DNA from: Spirochaetia bacterium
GTDB taxonomy: Bacteria; Spirochaetota; Spirochaetia; SZUA-6; Bin103
Length of the DNA: 64,000 nt
Direction of reading: 5' to 3'
Assembly: GCA_965203515.1 (NCBI GenBank)
Contig: OZ241907.1
Location: forward strand, 2,112,001 to 2,176,000
Shown in pieces: positions 61,701-64,000 of this stretch; position 1 is the stretch's first letter, and every line of letters starts with the position of its first letter. A program made the position numbers and the translations under genes. Below the pieces are notes generated by a model. That model made no database searches. It had not been told where the DNA came from and saw only the letters and a list, made by a program, of their open reading frames with translations.

Positions 61701-61840
61701 GGCTCGCCAGCGTGGCGCCGGTCGTCGCCAGCGCCGACGCCGCGCCGACCCGGCAGGCGCGCGAGGCGTTCGAGCGCTGGCACCGCATAGGGCAAACGGC
61801 GATGGCGCGCCTCGACCGAGCGCTATCGGGACGAGCCTAG
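58754..61840 (+). CDS. VPS10/BNR (Asp-box) repeat glycosyl-hydrolase-like beta-propeller protein
   Basis: [11 protein letters not shown]; many S-x-D-x-G-x-x-W repeats; [36 protein letters not shown]. Confidence 0.88.
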   Translation: MSGPAAPAAGRGRTDRAAAGNASEALAAMRWRCIGPYRGGRVVAVAGDPAEPLVFYFGACAGGVWKSTDAGRFWRNVSDGYFRTASVGAIAVAPSAHRTLYAGMGESQIRVDVTHGDGVYRSDDGGESWRHLGLAATRHVSRVRVHPEDPDTVYVAALGRAFGRNPERGVYRSTDGGATWEQVLHRGAAAGAGDLTLDLNRPHVLFAALWQVIRKPWTIRSGGPDSGIFRSTDGGATWQELTGRPGLPRGILGRVGIAASPARAGRVWALIEARDGGLYRSDDDGESWRLVNHDTALREKPFYFTHVFAHPTDPEQVWSLCKKAYRSTDGGHTFEVISTPHHDDHDLWIDPQDPARMIEGNDGGAAVSLDGGETWSSVYNQPTAQFYRMEVDDRFPYRVYATQQDSSAVSVPSDGVYGAIRWADCYTTGSAESGHIAVKRDDPDIVYAGATGSSPGGPGSLMRYDHRSGQVRLISPVPAMDGSSPPAEWPHRFNWTFPVLSSRHDPRVLLTAGNVVFRSTDEGSSWEPISPDLTRDDADRTVASGGPITGEGASDVYCTIIALAESPHRPAELWAGSDDGLAHRTRDGGASWQEVTPAALPAWASVLCLEPSPHDPDRWYLAAARYRLDDTRPLLYRTADGGASWRSIAGGLPEDDFTRVIRCDPQRPGLLYCGTETGVYVSLDDGAAWTRANEAAEPGSRLPVAPVYDLRVHRGDLAAATHGRSFWILDDLTPLRRAGGCSAPALLPPRDPVRTLHQVGWDPWTGPQKTYQIGSLGVEATFVEHRLPGGGSRREFLDAGSPRPRGALIYYRLPDGCRAAEVRIVDSRGRLVRRFGSGGPEARDGRLLCAAGLNRLTWDLTWSRYAAAPGADRPIDTGVAPLAAPGEYRIELRAGGERCATSVQVSSDPRVGADPQDLREQTELLLRIRAAIAEVMAAIDAIRRRREQAAAPDAALDEIERILHRVVPPGDLERNHVGGVLEGLASVAPVVASADAAPTRQAREAFERWHRIGQTAMARLDRALSGRA

Positions 61841-62247
61841 CTCGGCCGCGGCCGCGCCGTTGGTCGGCTCTTGAGCCTCCGGTACTCCTGCTCGCCGATC
61901 CCGGTCGCCCGCTCGATCACCGACCAGTCGACGCCGGTCCGCAGGAACCCGTCGATCGTCTCCAACCGCCCCTCGCGTTGGCCTTCGAGCCGACCTGCGC
62001 GTTGGCCTTCCTCGCGCCCTTCCTGGCGCAACCGCTCACCGCTCGTCATCAACTCCCCTCCTGCCGCCGTGCGGCTCAGTAGCGCGCCCAACTCCTCGGG
62101 CGTGTCCTCAGGTCCCGTCTCCACGATATACCGCACGAACATCTTCATGTCGTCCTGCCCGCTGCTGCCTTCCCGCTCCAAGTCGCCCAGCAGCGGCCCT
62201 ATCCGCTCCCGCGCCTCCCGCACGGCGCGGCTGAAGGCGTGCATCAT
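61837..62247 (-). pseudogene. Duplicated 3' part of rpn; retains the internal RBS and ATG (62049) of a possible RpnS antitoxin
   Basis: About 61845-62254 is near-identical to 62927-63337. Confidence 0.8.
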
Positions 62248-62249
62248 CG

Positions 62250-62560
62250 TCAGTGGTCGGGTGCGAGCTCGTCACGCCAGAGGGCGGCGAGGAAGAACTG
62301 GAGCGGCCATATCTCGATGCCATGCGCGGCGCCGGGTTCGAGGCGCGGCCGCTCCTCGCGGCAGACGAGGATGGAGCGCTCGATCAGCCCCTCCTCCGCC
62401 AGGGCGCGCAGGCCGCGCAGGTGCTTGTCGTGGACGCGCCGGGCGGCCTTGGTCTCGATGGCGACGCGTCCATCCAGGATGAAGTCGACTTCGTACCCTG
62501 AGCGCGACCGCCAGTAGGCGAGCCGCGTCCGCGGGCGCCGATAGGCGATCCAGGTGCGCA
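62250..62560 (-). pseudogene. 3' fragment of an AAA/DUF4143 ATP-binding protein gene
   Basis: LRTWIAY...YWRSRSGYEVDFIL...AIETK...HLRGLRAL; 62264-62314 identical to 63950-64000. Confidence 0.75.
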
Positions 62561-62907
62561 GCATCCGCGCGGCGATCGCCGAGGTGATGGCCGCAATCGA
62601 CGCGATCCGCCGCCGCGAGCAGGCTGCGGCGCCGGACGCCGCGCTCGACGAGATCGAACGCATCCTGCACCGGGTGGTGCCGCCCGGCGACCTGGAACGC
62701 AACCACGTCGGCGGCGTGCTCGAAGGGCTCGCCAGCGTGGCGCCGGTCGTCGCCAGCGCCGACGCCGCGCCGACCCGGCAGGCGCTCGAGGCGTTCGAGC
62801 GCTGGCACCGCATAGGGCAAACGGCGATGGCGCGCCTCCGGCGTCCTGCTCAGCCATGCCGGCCGCTCCCGGCGAACGGCGGGTGACCGAGCTCCTCGGG
62901 CGCGTCG

Positions 62908-63885
62908 TCAGGTCCCGTCGCCGCCTGCCGCAGCCGCGCCGTTGGGTTGGCTCCTGAGCCTCCGGTACTCCTGCTCGCCGATCCCGGTCGCCCGCTCGAT
63001 CACCGACCAGTCGACGCCGGTCCGCAGGAACCCGTCGATCGTCTCCAACCGCCCTTCGCGTTGGCCTTCGAGCCGACCTGCGCGTTGGCCTTCCTCGCGC
63101 CCTTCCTGGCGCAACCGCTCACCGCTCGTCATCAACTCCCCTCCTGCCGCCGTGCGGCTCAGTAGCTCGCCCAACTCCTCGGGCGTGTCCTCAGGTCCCG
63201 TCTCCACGATATACCGCACGAACATCTTCATGTCGTCCTGCCCGCTGCTGCCTTCCCGCTCCAAGTCGCCCAGCAGCGGCCCTATCCGCTCCCGCGCCTC
63301 CCGCACGGCGCGGCTGAAGGCGTGCATCATCGTCAGTTGCAGCAAGCGCGCCCGGACACTGCCGGCGGCCTGCGCCGGCGACACCTGAGTCTGGTCGAAC
63401 AGCAGGTGCTCGAACCGGGGCAGCCACGGCCAGTCCCGCGTTGCGGCTGGGAACATGTCAGCGAACTGCGGGGAGTGCTGCCAGCCGGTGGGACCATGGT
63501 AGAACACGAGCGGCAGGATCGGGCGCAGGTAGCGCGCCTCCTGGTGATGCTGTCGGTCGCGCTCCCAGATGCGGCAGCAGTAGCCGAGCAGGCGGAGGCG
63601 CAGCCAGAAGTCCGGGGTGGACTGATGCTCGAACAGCAGGTAGAGCCAGAGCGAGGCGCGGTCGGCGCCGGGTTCGGCGTAGCGGATCTCGAACAGCAGG
63701 TCGGAAGCGGCGCCGCGGAGGTCCGGGGTGACGAAGGAGGCAGGGCGCCGCTTGAGCGTGGGCCAGTGCAGGGAGCGGCTGAGCGGCGGGGGCAGCCGGG
63801 CTTGCAGGAATGACGCGGCTTCCGCCGGGGCGCCGAACACTCGCTTGAACAGGTGGTCGTGGGGCTGGTGGATGGCCATGCCCAT
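62908..63885 (-). CDS. Rpn/YhgA-family recombination-promoting nuclease (PD-(D/E)XK)
   Basis: HQPHDHLFK, SFV..L....SDLLF, YLLFEHQS, PLVFYHG, C-terminal MTSGERLRQEGREEG repeats. Confidence 0.9.
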   Translation of the reverse strand: MGMAIHQPHDHLFKRVFGAPAEAASFLQARLPPPLSRSLHWPTLKRRPASFVTPDLRGAASDLLFEIRYAEPGADRASLWLYLLFEHQSTPDFWLRLRLLGYCCRIWERDRQHHQEARYLRPILPLVFYHGPTGWQHSPQFADMFPAATRDWPWLPRFEHLLFDQTQVSPAQAAGSVRARLLQLTMMHAFSRAVREARERIGPLLGDLEREGSSGQDDMKMFVRYIVETGPEDTPEELGELLSRTAAGGELMTSGERLRQEGREEGQRAGRLEGQREGRLETIDGFLRTGVDWSVIERATGIGEQEYRRLRSQPNGAAAAGGDGT

Positions 63886-63911
63886 ATAACGGCCCGGCCG
63901 TCCGTGGCGCT

Positions 63912-64000
63912 TCAACGCACGGCGGTCACCGCTGCCGAATCGATCACCACGAGCTCGTCACGCCAGAGGGCGGCGAGGAAGAACTGGAGCGGCCATATCT
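63912..64000 (-). CDS. 3' end of an AAA/DUF4143 ATP-binding protein (runs off window edge)
   Basis: IWPLQFFLAALWRDEL..., same as the fragment at 62250-62314. Confidence 0.6.
   Translation of the reverse strand, partial: IWPLQFFLAALWRDELVVIDSAAVTAVR

Larger units (their letters stand above)
61533..62838 (+). repeat. ~280-bp direct repeat (61533-61813 and 62561-62838) of the VPS10 gene 3' end
   Basis: Near-identical sequence encoding [13 protein letters not shown]...GQTAMARL, with one 3-nt indel. Confidence 0.93.

Noticed and set aside
1..64000. Reverse transcriptase/DGR/retron, rRNA or genuine tRNA genes, cas3/cas4, CorA
   Set aside because: No such motifs recognised; the only tRNA-like stretch is a CRISPR spacer, and the repeats show no adenine-specific variation

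Overview
High-GC (about 70% by eye) bacterial chromosome segment in which housekeeping and catabolic genes alternate with defence islands. The centre (about 6.5-27 kb) is a type III-B CRISPR-Cas locus. It has cmr1-6 on the + strand with an HD-less, GGDD-intact Cas10, and a 37-bp-repeat array (24 repeats plus a degenerate trailer cut off by an ISL3 element that inserted at a repeat with an 8-bp target duplication). Divergently transcribed is the unit ykvA(DUF1232) - CARF(RtcR-like)/AAA+ sigma54 activator - glycine-zipper peptide - Csb2-type Cas6 - cas1 - cas2 - leader - array. The most striking signal is two consensus sigma54 promoters (TGGCACGG-N3-TTGCTTC). One lies upstream of the activator operon and one starts immediately after the activator's stop codon, in front of cas6/cas1/cas2. 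This suggests a nucleotide-signal-inducible, self-amplifying sigma54 circuit controlling crRNA processing and adaptation (inference). Convergent with cmr are a Cami1-like CARF-RelE effector with a coiled-coil tail and a DHH-type phosphoesterase. Further right are a taurine-type ABC transporter, an orphan NHLP (proteusin-type) precursor between direct repeats, a large N6-adenine methyltransferase, a coupled HEPN-ParA-ATPase trio, eroded toxin-antitoxin remnants, an HD-domain/YwgA pair, catabolic genes, and a tandem duplication involving an rpn gene. The gene content resembles marine sponge symbionts (inference). All calls come from motif recognition; no database searches were run.
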